64,000 nt of DNA from Elsinoe ampelina (GCA_010093995.1 ML992502.1:2364728-2428727), one strand, 5' to 3'. Shown: positions 1-11,270, numbered from the stretch's first letter. Notes: generated from the letters alone by a model not told the origin. Translations and numbers: made by a program.

Positions 1-3000
1 GCTGTTAGCACCGCAGCCAGTCAAGCTCAACAGCCATGGGTCACTCTGTAAGTCATCCCTCACACATCTCGCTATTAAAGTTCCTCAGACTAACGACATT
101 AGTCCTGGCGGTCTGGGTAACGTGGTCAACACTGTCATTGGCAACGGGGGCTCTGTTCCTTCCGCTGCTCTGCCCTCGACGGGTCTTCCGTCAGTGAGCG
201 TACCAGCAGTCTCCATTCCCTCCGTCAGTGTCCCGAGCGTCAGCGTGCCCAGCGTCCAGCTCCCTACTGTTTCTCCCCCGAGCATCAGCATCCCGAGCTT
301 CAGCGTCAGCGCTCCGTCCGTCCAGCTGCCGACCATCTCGCCACCAAGCCTGAGCGTCCCATCGGCCAGCATCCCCCAGATCAGCGTCCCGAGCGTCAGC
401 GTTCCCTCGGCCAGCGCTCCCGCCGTCAGCGTACCTGTTGTCAGCACTCCATCTGCAGGTGCTCCCCTTCTCGGGCTTCCAGTACTCAGCGTGCCTGCTC
501 TTTCGCTCCCGACCATCTCGATCAACTTGAACATCCCGAGTCGTGCACCCGAGGTCAGCGTTCCTGTTATCTCGGTTCCCAGCGTTTCGGTTCCCAGCGT
601 CTCGGTCCCTAGCGTCTCGGCCCCTAGCGTCTCAGTGCCATCGGTCTCTCTGAGTGTTCCAACCGATACCCCGGCGATCAGTCTTCCCACCGTCAGCGCC
701 CCTTCGGTCACCCTTCCAAGTGCGAGCGTTCCTTCGGTCGCTCTTCCTACCGGTGGCAATGGCGGAAGCACCCCTGGCAACGGCGGCAACGATGGCGGCG
801 ACAACGGAGGTCTCCTCGGTGGACTCTTGAAGATCCCTTCGCTCATCTCCAGCCTCATCCTGCCCACCTCCTCTCTTGCCGGCAACCTCCCAGCCGCTAC
901 AGGTCTTAACGGAATCGTCCCAGGCGTGGCCAACGGCGTTTCCTCCGTCCTCGGTGGGCTCACTGGCGCCGATCTGCCTACCGGTGGCGCTCCCTCTGCC
1001 ACTGGCCTCAATGGCGTTCTCCCTGGCGTTGCTAGCGGTGTCTCTTCCATTCTCGGCGGCTTCACCGGTGTCGAGATCCCGACCGGCAGCATTCCTGCCG
1101 CCCCTGGCGTTCCGACAGCAGGTAACCCTGCCGGTGGACTCGGCGGCATTGTCTCTGGCGTGGTGGGTGAGGTTTCTACCATTCTTGATGGTTGGACTGG
1201 CATCGGACTACCAACAGGCGCTGGTCTGCCCAGCCTCAGCCTTCCCACCGCTTCCGGTCTCCCGACCGCTGGTCTGCCCTCTGCTGGCAGCCCTGCTGGC
1301 GGACTCGGTGAGATTGTCAATGGCGTCGGTGGCAAGGTCTCTAGCATCCTAGGTGGCCTGTCTGGCGTCGAGCTGCCTACTGGCGCTGGTCTACCTACTC
1401 TTAGCGTCCCCACCGCTTCCGGTCTTCCCACCGCAGGTCTGCCCTCTGCTGGCAGCCCTCTCGGTGGACTCGGCGGGATCGTCTCTGGCGTTGCCGGCCA
1501 GGTCTCTAGCATCCTTGGTGGCGTGTCTGGAGTCGAGCTTCCCACTGGTGCTGGTCTCCCTACCCTCAGCCTCCCAACCGCTTCCGGTCTCCCCACTGCT
1601 GGTCTCCCCACTGCTGGTCTCCCCACTGCTGGTCTCCCCACTGCTGGTCTCCCCACTGCATCTGTTCCCTCTGCGGGCAACCCACTTGCTGGACTCGGCG
1701 GGATCGTCTCTGGCGTTGCCGGCCAGGTGTCTAGCATTCTTGGTGGCGTGTCTGGAGTCGAACTCCCCACTGGTGCTGGTCTCCCTGCCCTTAGCCTCCC
1801 AACCGCTTCCGGTCTCCCCACTGCTGGTCCCCCCACTGCATCTGTTCCCTCTGCGGGCAATCCACTTGCTGGGCTCGGTGGGATCGTCTCTGGCGTTGCC
1901 GGCCAAGTGTCTAGCATCCTTGGTGGCGTGTCTGGAGTCGAACTTCCCACTGGTGCTGGTCTCCCTACCCTGAGCCTCCCAACCGCTTCCGGTCTCCCCA
2001 CCGATGGTCTGCCTACTGCAGGTCTGCCCTCTGCTGGCAGCCCTCTCGGTGGACTCGGCGGAATCGTCTCTGGCGTTGCCGGTCAGGTTTCTAGTATCCT
2101 CGGAGGCGTGTCTGGAGTCGAACTCCCGACCGGTACTGGTCTGCCTACCGATGCCGACCTTCCCACTGACATTCCCACTCGTGGCCTCAATGGCATTGTG
2201 GGCGGAGTTGTAAGCAAGGTATCCGACGTTGTCGGTGGTCTGACTGGGTTGGACTTGCCAACTGGTGCCAACTTGCCAGTAGTGTCCCTTCCTACTGGTG
2301 GCGCTCTCCCCACTGGCATTCCAACCGGCTCTCCTGTCGAAGGTGGTCTCGGACAGATCGTGTCTGGCGTTGAGTCCAAGGTCTCTGGTCTCCTCGGTGG
2401 CCTCGGTGGTGTCGGTCTTCCTACCGGACTTGACCTTCCCACCGGGCTTGACCTGCCGACTGGGCTGAACTTGCCCACTGGCCTCAGCTTGCCTACTGGC
2501 CTAAACCTGCCCACTGGTCTCAGTCTCCCCACTGATCTCGACCTCCCCACCGCCACCGCACTTCCCACTGGCGGCGCCGGCAATGGCCTGCCCACTGGCG
2601 GTCTCGGTGGTCTCGGCGGACTTGTCTCTGGAGTTGCTGGCAAGGTTTCCGATCTTGCTGGTGGCCTCGGCGGCATTGCTCTTCCGACCGGCCTTGATCT
2701 TCCGACCGGTCTTGATCTTCCGACCGGTCTTGATCTTCCGACCGGTCTTGATCTTCCAACCGGCACTGGCCTCCCCACTGGCGGTCTGGGCAATGGTCTC
2801 CCCCTAGTCTCTGCCATCAGCGATATTGCCGAAGAGGCCGTGCCTACTGTCAGGGATCTGCTCGCCTCGGGCATTGCTGCCAAGGCTAGCGCTCTTTCCG
2901 AAGTCGCTCCTGTCATCACTGGTCTCGCTGCTTCAGTCATCGCTGAGAAAGAATCTCTTGTCAGCTCAGTGGTCGGCGACCTCGTCTCTGAGGCCCTCCC

Positions 3001-6000
3001 TCAGGTCACGGGTGCTCTTGCGTCCGGCGTTGCTGCCAAGTCCGACCTGCTCGAGAGTGCCATCTCCCAGGCTCTCCCTCAAGTCACTGGTCTCGTCGCC
3101 TCTGCTATTGCCGCCAAAGGCGAGCTCGTCGGTAGCGCCGCATCTGAAATTCTGCCTTCCGTCACTGGCCTCCTCCCCTCCGTCAGTGGTCTGCTCGCAT
3201 CCGGCATTGCTGCTAAGCAAAGCTTGATCTCGGAGGCGATCCCGGCAATCACTGGTCTTGCCGGCTCTATCATCTCTGCCAAGGAGGATCTCGTCAGCTC
3301 TCTCGTCAATGACGTTGTTTCTAGCGCCCTACCACAGGTCACTGACCTCGTCGGCGAGGGTGTTGCTGCCAAGAAGGATCTCCTCGAGAGTGCTGTGTCC
3401 GAGCTGCTCCCTAGCATTACCGGCCTGGTCGCTTCTGGTATCGCTGCCAAGCAGAGCCTCATCTCTGAGGCCGTCCCTGCGATCACTGGTCTCGCTGCCT
3501 CCGTCCTTTCCGCCAAGCAGGAGCTGGTGAGCTCTATCGTTGGCAACGTCATTTCCGGGGCAGTTCCTTCCGTCACCGGTCTGGTCGGATCAGGTCTTGC
3601 TCAGAAGCAGGAACTCATCGATGACGCCTTGTCTGCGGCGCTTCCCAAGATCACCGGCATCGTTGCTTCTGGCATTGCTGCCAAGGAGAGTCTTATCTCT
3701 GAGGCTATCCCTGAGATCACTGGTCTGGCTGCATCAGTCTTGTCGGCTAAGAAAGATATCATCAGCTCGCTCGTCGGCAACGTTGTTTCTGATGCCCTGC
3801 CATCTGTCACTGGTGTCGTCGCAACTGGTGTCGCGGATAAGCAGAATGCCCTCGACGACTTGCTCTCTTCTGCCCTGCCCCAGATCACTGGTATCGTCGC
3901 GTCTGCTGTGGCCGCGAAGGAGTCCCTCGGCTCTGAGCTTCTCCCATCCGTCACTGGCCTTGTCGGGTCCGCCGTCGCAGCGAAGGAGAGCCTCGTCAGC
4001 GAGATCCTCTCTGGAGCTCTACCATCCGTCAGCAGCCTTCTCGCTTCCGGTGTCGCAGCCAAGGAGAGCATCATCAACGAGGTCATCTCTGGCGCTCTCC
4101 CATCAGTTACCAGCCTCGTAGGCTCCGGCATCGCCGCTAAGGAGAGCTTCTTGAGCGGTGTCCTCTCTGGTGTCCTTCCAGTTGTCACTGCTGTTCCCAG
4201 TCTCGTTGGCAGCGTTGGTGATCAAGTCGCAAGCAACGTCGCCAACGTCATCTCTGCTCTCCCGCAGGTCACCAACATTGAGCTCGGTAACCCGCTTGGC
4301 TCGCTACCCGACCTTACATTGACCCTCAGTGCTGATCTTCCTGATGTCACTTTGCCATCTCTCGGCCTCGTTCCAGAAATTACTGGCCAGCTTCCCGATG
4401 TCGACATCAGCATCAACATTGGACGTCAGAATGCCGCTTCTCAGACTCCTCGCCCACTGTCCCCAACCACCGGAGCTCCCGGTGCTTCTACCACTGCTCC
4501 CGGTACTGGCCCGACTCCAAGCGTTCCCGGCGTCCCTTCTAGCCAGATCCCGTCTTCCACTGGTATCGTAGGATCAGTCACCTCCGCTGGCTCTAGCATT
4601 GCCAACCCTGGCTCGCAGTCGACCTCCAACATTATCGGCTCTGTCACTTCAGGTATCTCAAGCATCTTGGGAGGTACTGGCCAGTCTTCTGGCTCGCCTA
4701 ACACCACGCCATCTGTACCAGGTGTACAGCCCACCACGCCCTCTGTTCCAGGTGTCCAGCCAACTACTCCGTCAGTCCCAGGTGTCCAGCCAAGTACTCC
4801 GTCACTCCCAGGTGTTCAGCCAACTACGCCCTCAGGCCCAGGTGCTCAGTCCACCACACCCTCGATCCCAGGCGTCTCTACCCCATCGGTCCCAGGCGTC
4901 CAGCCAACCACACCATCCATCCCCGGCCTTCCAATCACGTCTAGCTTGAGCCTGCCGCTTGGTACTCCCAGCTCGCTCATTTCGACCCCTGTGCCCATCA
5001 CCACTTCGCTCGGCCCGATCGTCTCTAGTATCTCCAGCATCGTCTCCGAGATCGAGAGTAGCATCAGCCAAGGTGGTACTCGTGGAAACGTCGGGCCCAC
5101 TCGCAGCCGCACAACTGACAGCGTTGGTCTGCCTACTGACGGTCCTTCCGGTGGCATCTCCACTGGTGTAGTTCCAACTACCGCTGGTGGTGTCGGAGGC
5201 GGCGACGGTGGTCTTCCTACTTCAGCGCCCTCTGGCAGCCTTCCTACCGGCTTGGTTCCTTCTGGGTCGCTCCCATCTGTGTCGCTCCCATCTGGATCTT
5301 TGCCATCTGGCTCCGGTCCATCGGGCTCATTGCCTTCTGGTACCCTACCATCTGGCTCAGGGCCTTCTGGCTCGCTTCCTTCCGGTTCTCTCCCATCCGA
5401 CTCCGTCGTCCCAACCACGAGCGAGTTCAGTTTCATCACTACCTCGCCTGGCTCTGGTTCTAATATCCCACTTCCCACCACCTTTGAGACTACTTTGAGT
5501 GTTCCCAGCATTCGTGGCAACAACGGTGGTGGCCCAACCAGGTCTCTTTCAGGCATCGTCGGCTCCGTCAGCTCATTCTTCTCTGGCATCAATCCTACCG
5601 CCATCCCAACTGGCGGCGTCAATCTCCCCAGCACTTCTCTCGGCAGCTACGGTACGTTCACTGGTACTGGTACCTCCGATGTCAACATCCCTACCGGCTC
5701 TGTCTCCTCTGGAGCTGCAGTGATCACTAGCGCTGCCGGCTCCGGTGTTGGCGGTGGCTCAAGTGGTCTGCCTACTGGCCTCAACGGTGTTACTGGGGCT
5801 CTTCCTTCCGGCAGTCTCGGTGTTTCTGGCTTGATCTCATCTGGTCTTGCCGGTGCTACAGCTTCTCTCTCGACTGGCGGCATCCGCAACAACAACGGTG
5901 GACGCACATCTATCTTGCCCAGTGGTGTTTTGCCCACTACCATTCCCGGCCTCGGTGGTATCGGCGGTGGTGATGGCGCTTCTTCGGACGGCTCGGATGG

Positions 6001-6547
6001 ATCTGATTCGTCTGATGGTAGCGATGGAGCTTCTGGCGATGGATCTGACCAGACTATCGGCGGCTCAGACGGTGATGAGGATGGTGACTCGGCCGATGAT
6101 GGTGCTGACGGTGGGTCGTCTACTGGTGGCTCTTCTTCTGGCGGCTCTTCCTCCGGTGGCTCGTCCTCTGATGGTTCTTCGTCTGGCGGATCGTCATCCG
6201 GTGGCTCATCATCCGGTGGCTCATCATCCGGCGGATCATCCTCTGACGGTTCTTCTTCCAATGGTGGTTCGACCGGCGGATCCAGCGGCTCGACCGACGG
6301 CTCTTCCGGCGGTGCTGCAGGCAAGGATGGCGACACGATCGACTGGTGCGGACAGACATTGTACTGTAACGTCCGCAACTCTCCGTTCGCACCAGGCGAC
6401 AGCGCTCTACAGGCCAAGACCATCACCGTCACCAGCTACCTTCCAGCTCAGACCGTCTTTCACACCATCACCACCGCCAGCCCAGTCATTCTCCCGACCG
6501 CAACAAGCGAGGTCATCCCTGGCGTCGAACGCAACTTCCGCGCATAA
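1..6547 (+). CDS. Very large low-complexity repetitive Ser/Gly/Pro/Thr/Ala-rich protein (mucin/adhesin-like cell-surface or secreted glycoprotein); 5' end lies outside the window
   Basis: 2141-codon ORF 122-6547. The frame extends upstream across an intron at 48-102 (GTAAGT...CTAAC...TAG) to position 1 (AVSTAASQAQQPWVTL|PGGLGNVV). It contains VSVPS, GLPTA, LPTGLD, 60-aa, helical AAK and GGSSS repeat blocks. Confidence 0.8.
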   Translation, partial: LLAPQPVKLNSHGSLCKSSLTHLAIKVPQTNDISPGGLGNVVNTVIGNGGSVPSAALPSTGLPSVSVPAVSIPSVSVPSVSVPSVQLPTVSPPSISIPSFSVSAPSVQLPTISPPSLSVPSASIPQISVPSVSVPSASAPAVSVPVVSTPSAGAPLLGLPVLSVPALSLPTISINLNIPSRAPEVSVPVISVPSVSVPSVSVPSVSAPSVSVPSVSLSVPTDTPAISLPTVSAPSVTLPSASVPSVALPTGGNGGSTPGNGGNDGGDNGGLLGGLLKIPSLISSLILPTSSLAGNLPAATGLNGIVPGVANGVSSVLGGLTGADLPTGGAPSATGLNGVLPGVASGVSSILGGFTGVEIPTGSIPAAPGVPTAGNPAGGLGGIVSGVVGEVSTILDGWTGIGLPTGAGLPSLSLPTASGLPTAGLPSAGSPAGGLGEIVNGVGGKVSSILGGLSGVELPTGAGLPTLSVPTASGLPTAGLPSAGSPLGGLGGIVSGVAGQVSSILGGVSGVELPTGAGLPTLSLPTASGLPTAGLPTAGLPTAGLPTAGLPTASVPSAGNPLAGLGGIVSGVAGQVSSILGGVSGVELPTGAGLPALSLPTASGLPTAGPPTASVPSAGNPLAGLGGIVSGVAGQVSSILGGVSGVELPTGAGLPTLSLPTASGLPTDGLPTAGLPSAGSPLGGLGGIVSGVAGQVSSILGGVSGVELPTGTGLPTDADLPTDIPTRGLNGIVGGVVSKVSDVVGGLTGLDLPTGANLPVVSLPTGGALPTGIPTGSPVEGGLGQIVSGVESKVSGLLGGLGGVGLPTGLDLPTGLDLPTGLNLPTGLSLPTGLNLPTGLSLPTDLDLPTATALPTGGAGNGLPTGGLGGLGGLVSGVAGKVSDLAGGLGGIALPTGLDLPTGLDLPTGLDLPTGLDLPTGTGLPTGGLGNGLPLVSAISDIAEEAVPTVRDLLASGIAAKASALSEVAPVITGLAASVIAEKESLVSSVVGDLVSEALPQVTGALASGVAAKSDLLESAISQALPQVTGLVASAIAAKGELVGSAASEILPSVTGLLPSVSGLLASGIAAKQSLISEAIPAITGLAGSIISAKEDLVSSLVNDVVSSALPQVTDLVGEGVAAKKDLLESAVSELLPSITGLVASGIAAKQSLISEAVPAITGLAASVLSAKQELVSSIVGNVISGAVPSVTGLVGSGLAQKQELIDDALSAALPKITGIVASGIAAKESLISEAIPEITGLAASVLSAKKDIISSLVGNVVSDALPSVTGVVATGVADKQNALDDLLSSALPQITGIVASAVAAKESLGSELLPSVTGLVGSAVAAKESLVSEILSGALPSVSSLLASGVAAKESIINEVISGALPSVTSLVGSGIAAKESFLSGVLSGVLPVVTAVPSLVGSVGDQVASNVANVISALPQVTNIELGNPLGSLPDLTLTLSADLPDVTLPSLGLVPEITGQLPDVDISINIGRQNAASQTPRPLSPTTGAPGASTTAPGTGPTPSVPGVPSSQIPSSTGIVGSVTSAGSSIANPGSQSTSNIIGSVTSGISSILGGTGQSSGSPNTTPSVPGVQPTTPSVPGVQPTTPSVPGVQPSTPSLPGVQPTTPSGPGAQSTTPSIPGVSTPSVPGVQPTTPSIPGLPITSSLSLPLGTPSSLISTPVPITTSLGPIVSSISSIVSEIESSISQGGTRGNVGPTRSRTTDSVGLPTDGPSGGISTGVVPTTAGGVGGGDGGLPTSAPSGSLPTGLVPSGSLPSVSLPSGSLPSGSGPSGSLPSGTLPSGSGPSGSLPSGSLPSDSVVPTTSEFSFITTSPGSGSNIPLPTTFETTLSVPSIRGNNGGGPTRSLSGIVGSVSSFFSGINPTAIPTGGVNLPSTSLGSYGTFTGTGTSDVNIPTGSVSSGAAVITSAAGSGVGGGSSGLPTGLNGVTGALPSGSLGVSGLISSGLAGATASLSTGGIRNNNGGRTSILPSGVLPTTIPGLGGIGGGDGASSDGSDGSDSSDGSDGASGDGSDQTIGGSDGDEDGDSADDGADGGSSTGGSSSGGSSSGGSSSDGSSSGGSSSGGSSSGGSSSGGSSSDGSSSNGGSTGGSSGSTDGSSGGAAGKDGDTIDWCGQTLYCNVRNSPFAPGDSALQAKTITVTSYLPAQTVFHTITTASPVILPTATSEVIPGVERNFRA
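1120..2150 (+). repeat. Coding tandem repeat, ~180-bp unit, with internal 15-bp GGTCTCCCCACTGCT expansions
   Basis: GGACTCGGCGGGATCGTCTCTGGCGTTGCCGGCCAG-like unit recurs near 1466, 1691, 1871 and 2051; GLPTA x5 at ~1586-1660. Confidence 0.9.
2415..2765 (+). repeat. Coding 18-bp minisatellites ([12 protein letters not shown])
   Basis: CTTGATCTTCCGACCGGT x~4 at ~2693-2765, with degenerate copies at 2418-2545. Confidence 0.85.
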
Positions 6548-6657
6548 GTCTCTCAATTTCCATATGTACTAGGGCGGGCGCCTTGCATAGCATGATCTAT
6601 ATGTAACACAACTGTAGTACTAATACTTAATCTCCTAATACACATACATCATATTAC

Positions 6658-6845
6658 TCACTTCCCATCCTCCCCCTCCCTCTGTGCCAACTTCTCAAAC
6701 ACCCCCAACCACGCCTCGACTCCAATCCCACCTTGCACTGGCCTCCCATTCACCTCCACAAACGGCACCCCTCTCACCCCCTTCTCCACGGCCTCATGCA
6801 TCAATCTCTCCACCTCGTCCCTCCCCTCATCAGACTCCAGAAAGG
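6658..6845 (-). pseudogene. C-terminal fragment of a DsbA/FrnE-like thioredoxin-fold protein
   Basis: FLESDEGRDEVERLMHEAVEKGVRGVPFVEVNG...WLGVFEKL resembles the DSBA C-terminus with the cis-Pro GVP loop. No CPWC-containing N-terminal exon was found upstream. Confidence 0.5.
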
Positions 6846-7859
6846 AGGGAGGTTGTGGGGATTTGGGGGTTGAGGTTGGAGGTTTTGAGGCAGTGGTGGG
6901 TGGGAAGTTGGGGGGTAGAGTGGAGGGGTGCATGCATGGGTAGTGTGGGAATACTTGTTTCGGGACTTACTGTACCGTATGGGGGCCTCTGGGGGTGGTG
7001 GTTGATTGCGTGAGCGTGGATTGGTAAGCGCGGAATTGCGGCGATGAGGTTGAAGTCGGAATTCATGCTAAAGGACTGACTCCCACCTTGCACAAATTTT
7101 GTATTCGCAATCCTGAGAGATTCAACACCTTCTTTTGCATGATCACGAGCTGTAGCCCGCAACCAGATGACGATCGTGTTCGAGGTTGTTTCGGCTTTTG
7201 TTGATCCGAAGACGCGAATCCGCCGAGTCTTTTTTGCGGGGAAAGAAAAGGACGATCGAACTTGTTGAAAAACCCTGTCGTTCACAGACGAAGGGAGAGA
7301 ACCGAGAAAAGATGATCGAAGCTTGTGCAGCTGTCGCCCGGCTCCTCCAGACGCCTCAAAGTCTTGTCTGCGCCTTTGTGGTCTTGGAAGAGTCGACGTC
7401 TTCATCAAGTTCGAAGCAGGTTCACGTCCTTGCTTTTAGACCGTCAACGACTCCTCTCGCTTCCGCCTGGTCTGTCCAAGGAGAAGCTCACGCAGTAGCA
7501 GATCGCTGATGTATCCGCCCAAGCGATCACTACATCTGGTCGACTCGTACAAGTAGCTTTCTCACTAGGCGCAAGTGATATTGCTATTGCGGGGTGCTTC
7601 TCCATCCCCCACCGGACATTACACCTTCAACTTCCCTTCCCAGAGCCGACCGTACCTGATCACCACTATACTTGCCAAAACTAGCTCGAGCTATGACGGA
7701 CTGCACCATCACGAATTCGCGCGGCGTGAGGAGAAGTCGAGGGTGCGAGAGAGATGGACAGAAGTCTACTTCTTCGTGACCAGGGCTATTAAAGTGACGG
7801 TAGGTTCCTGCTGTCTGGTAGGTACATCAACATTCCAGTTGAGACAGGCCTCTGCAAAC

Positions 7860-10800
7860 ATGTTGGGTGCCACGATGTTACGGGCTTTACTGCTTGTCGG
7901 ACTTGCGAGCCTGGCTTCGGCCAGAGCTATTGCTGCTACCCCGGGTCAGATGTGGATCAACAATGACAAACGAGAAGAGCTTCAAGATCTAGTGGTATGT
8001 GATCCCAAGACCATTGTGGTCCTTCATCTGACCCGTATAGACCTTTGACAATAGCTCCCTCTTCGTCCGAGGAGAACGCGTCCTCTTCTTCTCTGGTGAG
8101 GTCCATCCCTACCGCCTCCCTGTGCCTGGGTTGTGGTTGGACTTGTTCCAAAAGATCAAGGCTCTTGGCTTCAACGGTGTTTCCTTCTACACATCGTGGG
8201 CTTCTCTCGAGGGCAAACCTGGCGAGTTCATCGCCGAGGGCATCTTCAACTTTGATGACTTCTTCAAGGCTGCCAGTGATGCGGGTATCTACCTCTTGGC
8301 CGTAAGACATCCTTCATACCTGCCGTAGCAGTCAGCTGACCACATACTAGCGTCCTGGCCCCTATATCAATGCCGAGGCGACAGGTGGTGGCTTCCCTGG
8401 TTGGCTTCAGAGGAACCCTGGTATCTTGAGGACTCCCGATCCAGAGTACCTTAGTGCCACTGACAAGTATGATCATTGAATCTGCAAGATGGGTCTGACT
8501 TTGACAATGCTATAGCTACATCGCCAACATGGCAGGCATCATTGCCAAGGCTCAGATCACCAACGGCGGTCCTGTCATTTTATACCAACCTGAGAATGAA
8601 TACTCCCAGGCCGACTCCAACGTCGTCTTCCCCGACTCAGACTACTTCCAATACGTCATCGACCAGGCAAGAAACGCTGGTATTGTGGTACCCTTGATCA
8701 GCAACGACAATGCTCCCAAGGGTCTCTTCTCCCCAGATGGCCAACAGGCAGCCAAGGTTGACATCTATGGCCACGACAACTACCCTCTCGGTTTCGACTG
8801 TGCCAGACCCGATGTCTGGCCCAACAACAACTTGCCCACCAACTACCGCCAACTGCACTTGCAGCAGGCTCCCAGCACTCCATACTCGCTCGTCGAATAC
8901 CAGGGTGGTGCCTTTGACCCATGGGGAGGCAACGGTTTCGACAAGTGCTTGTCTCTGGTCAACTATGAGTTCGAACGTGTCTTTTACAAGAACATGTACG
9001 CCGCAGCTGTCACAATCTTCAATATCTACATGACCTTTGGTGGTACCAACTGGGGTAATCAAGGTCATCCTGGCGGTTATACCTCGTACGATTACGGCGC
9101 TTCCATTGCTGAGGATCTGACCGTTGCCCGTGAAAAGTACTCCGAGATCAAGCTACAGGCAAACTTCTTGCACGCATCCCCGGCATACCTCGTGGCCACT
9201 CCTCAGAACCAGGGGCGCAACATTCCCGGTTTCTCTAACAACGCACAAATCAACGTCATCCAGTCCATCACCGACACCACTAATTTCTACGTCGTCCGTC
9301 ACTCTCAGTACAACAGTCTCAACACGACGCAGTACAAGCTCACTGTACCTACCAGCCAGGGTAACATCACTATCCCACAGCTCGGCGGTGATCTCGTGCT
9401 CACACGACGTGACTCCAAGTTCCACGTCACCGACTATGATGTTGGCGGAACCAACTTGCTCTATTCATCTGCCGAGATCTTCACCTGGAAGAAGTATGAG
9501 GACAAGACTGTCCTTGTCGTATATGGCGGTCCGAATGAGCTTCATGAATTTGCCGTCCAGACCAACAGCACCGTCGAGACACTTGAAGGTGAAGGCTTGA
9601 CCATTGAGAACAGGAATGGCAACTCCATCGTCCAATTCGGTGTGAGCCCAACAAGAAGAATCCTACGTTACGGCGAGGACTTCTATGTCTACATTCTTGG
9701 TAAGTCAACATTGCCATATTACCTTTCATTCTGCTAACCCTGCCAGACCGCAACTCTGCATACAATTTCTGGACCTTGGACTTGCCCACCGGTCTCTCTT
9801 CTGGTGACCCCAAAGCCGGCATCAAGGCCGCAGCCATTGTCAAGGCCGGCTACCTCATGCGCACCGCCGCTGTGGACGGAAGCACTCTATCTCTTGTCGG
9901 TGACATAAACGCGACCACTACCATCGAAGTCGTTGGTGGTGCTCCAAGACAGCTCCAAACTCTCAACTTCAACGGTGAAGCAATCGATTTTGAACAGGAT
10001 GCCAGCAGTGGCGTCGTGACTGCCACAGTCACGTTCGAGGACCCAGCTATTGACGTCCCAGATCTGTCTACTGCCGACTGGAAGGCCATCGACTCCCTGC
10101 CGGAGATCCAAGACAACTACGACGACAGTCTCTGGACTGTCGCAGACCTGACATACTCCAACAACACCGCTCGCAACCTCACCACCCCAACCTCACTCTA
10201 CTCCTCCGACTACGGCTACCACACCGGCCCCCTCGTCTACCGCGGCCGCTTCACCGCCACCGGCAACGAAACCACCCTCACCCTCCAAACCCAAGGCGGC
10301 TCCGCCTTCGGCAACTCCATCTGGCTCGGCACCCAATTCCTCACCTCCTTCGCCGGCAACGACAAAACCTCGCTTGCCAACCAGACCATCCCCCTCCCCA
10401 CCCTCACAGCGGGGCAAACCTACACCATCATCGCCCTCATCGACGTCATGGGCATCAACCAAAACTACAACCCGGGCAGCGAAGACATGAAAGAACCCCG
10501 CGGCATCCTCGACTTCTCCCTCTCGGGCCGGTCCAAATCCTCCGTGACCTGGAAGCTAGCCGGCAACCTCGGGGGGGAATCCTACCGCGACCGCGCCCGC
10601 GGGCCCCTCAACGAAGGCGGCCTCTTCTTCGAACGCCAGGGTCTCCACCTCCCCTCGGCGCCCACGGACGCCTTCACCCCCTCCTCCCCGCTCGAGGGCA
10701 CCCCCAAGGCAGGCGTCGCCTTCTACCGCACCACCTTCCCCCTCTCCATCCCAGCGACGTACCACGTGCCCCTGTCCCTCAGCTTCGGCAACTCCACCAC

Positions 10801-11095
10801 GGACCTCGGCGCGGGCGGGAAGAGCCGCGCCTACCGCGCCCAGATCTACGTCAATGGGTACCAGTACGGGAAGTATGTCCACAACGTCGGACCGCAGGAT
10901 GTGTTCCCTGTGCCGCAGGGCGTTTGGGATTATCAGGGGGTGAACACGTTGGGGGTGGCGCTGTGGGCTTTGGAGGGCGATGGGGCGGCGTTGAGGGATT
11001 TTAAACTGGTCGTGGGCGAGAGGGTGAGGAGTGGGTATGGGGCTTATCCGAATGCGCCGCAGGATGGGTGGGTAGCGAGGGAGGGGGCGTATTGA
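7860..11095 (+). CDS. lacA: Secreted beta-galactosidase, glycoside hydrolase family 35 (4 introns)
   Basis: Signal peptide [21 protein letters not shown]; motifs [26 protein letters not shown] (acid/base), EYQGG (nucleophile), [18 protein letters not shown]. Introns approx 7995-8040, 8302-8350, 8467-8515 and 9700-9746. Confidence 0.95.
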
Positions 11096-11270
11096 TGTGA
11101 TTCGAGACGGGAAGGGGAGATGGGGAGGGGAGAGAGGTAGATTTGAGGTGAGAGACGAGTGGTGAATGGAAAGGCTTGAGGTGGCTCGTGTTGTCTGGTC
11201 TTGTCTGTGATACATGGTTGTGCCGTGTACCCGCGTTGTACTGTTATTCTCTGGTACTTACACACAGCAA

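Noticed and set aside
85..6432. Long antisense ORFs (638, 285, 262, 261 aa) over the repetitive gene
   Set aside because: Shadow frames of a GC-rich, codon-biased repetitive CDS; no independent motifs.
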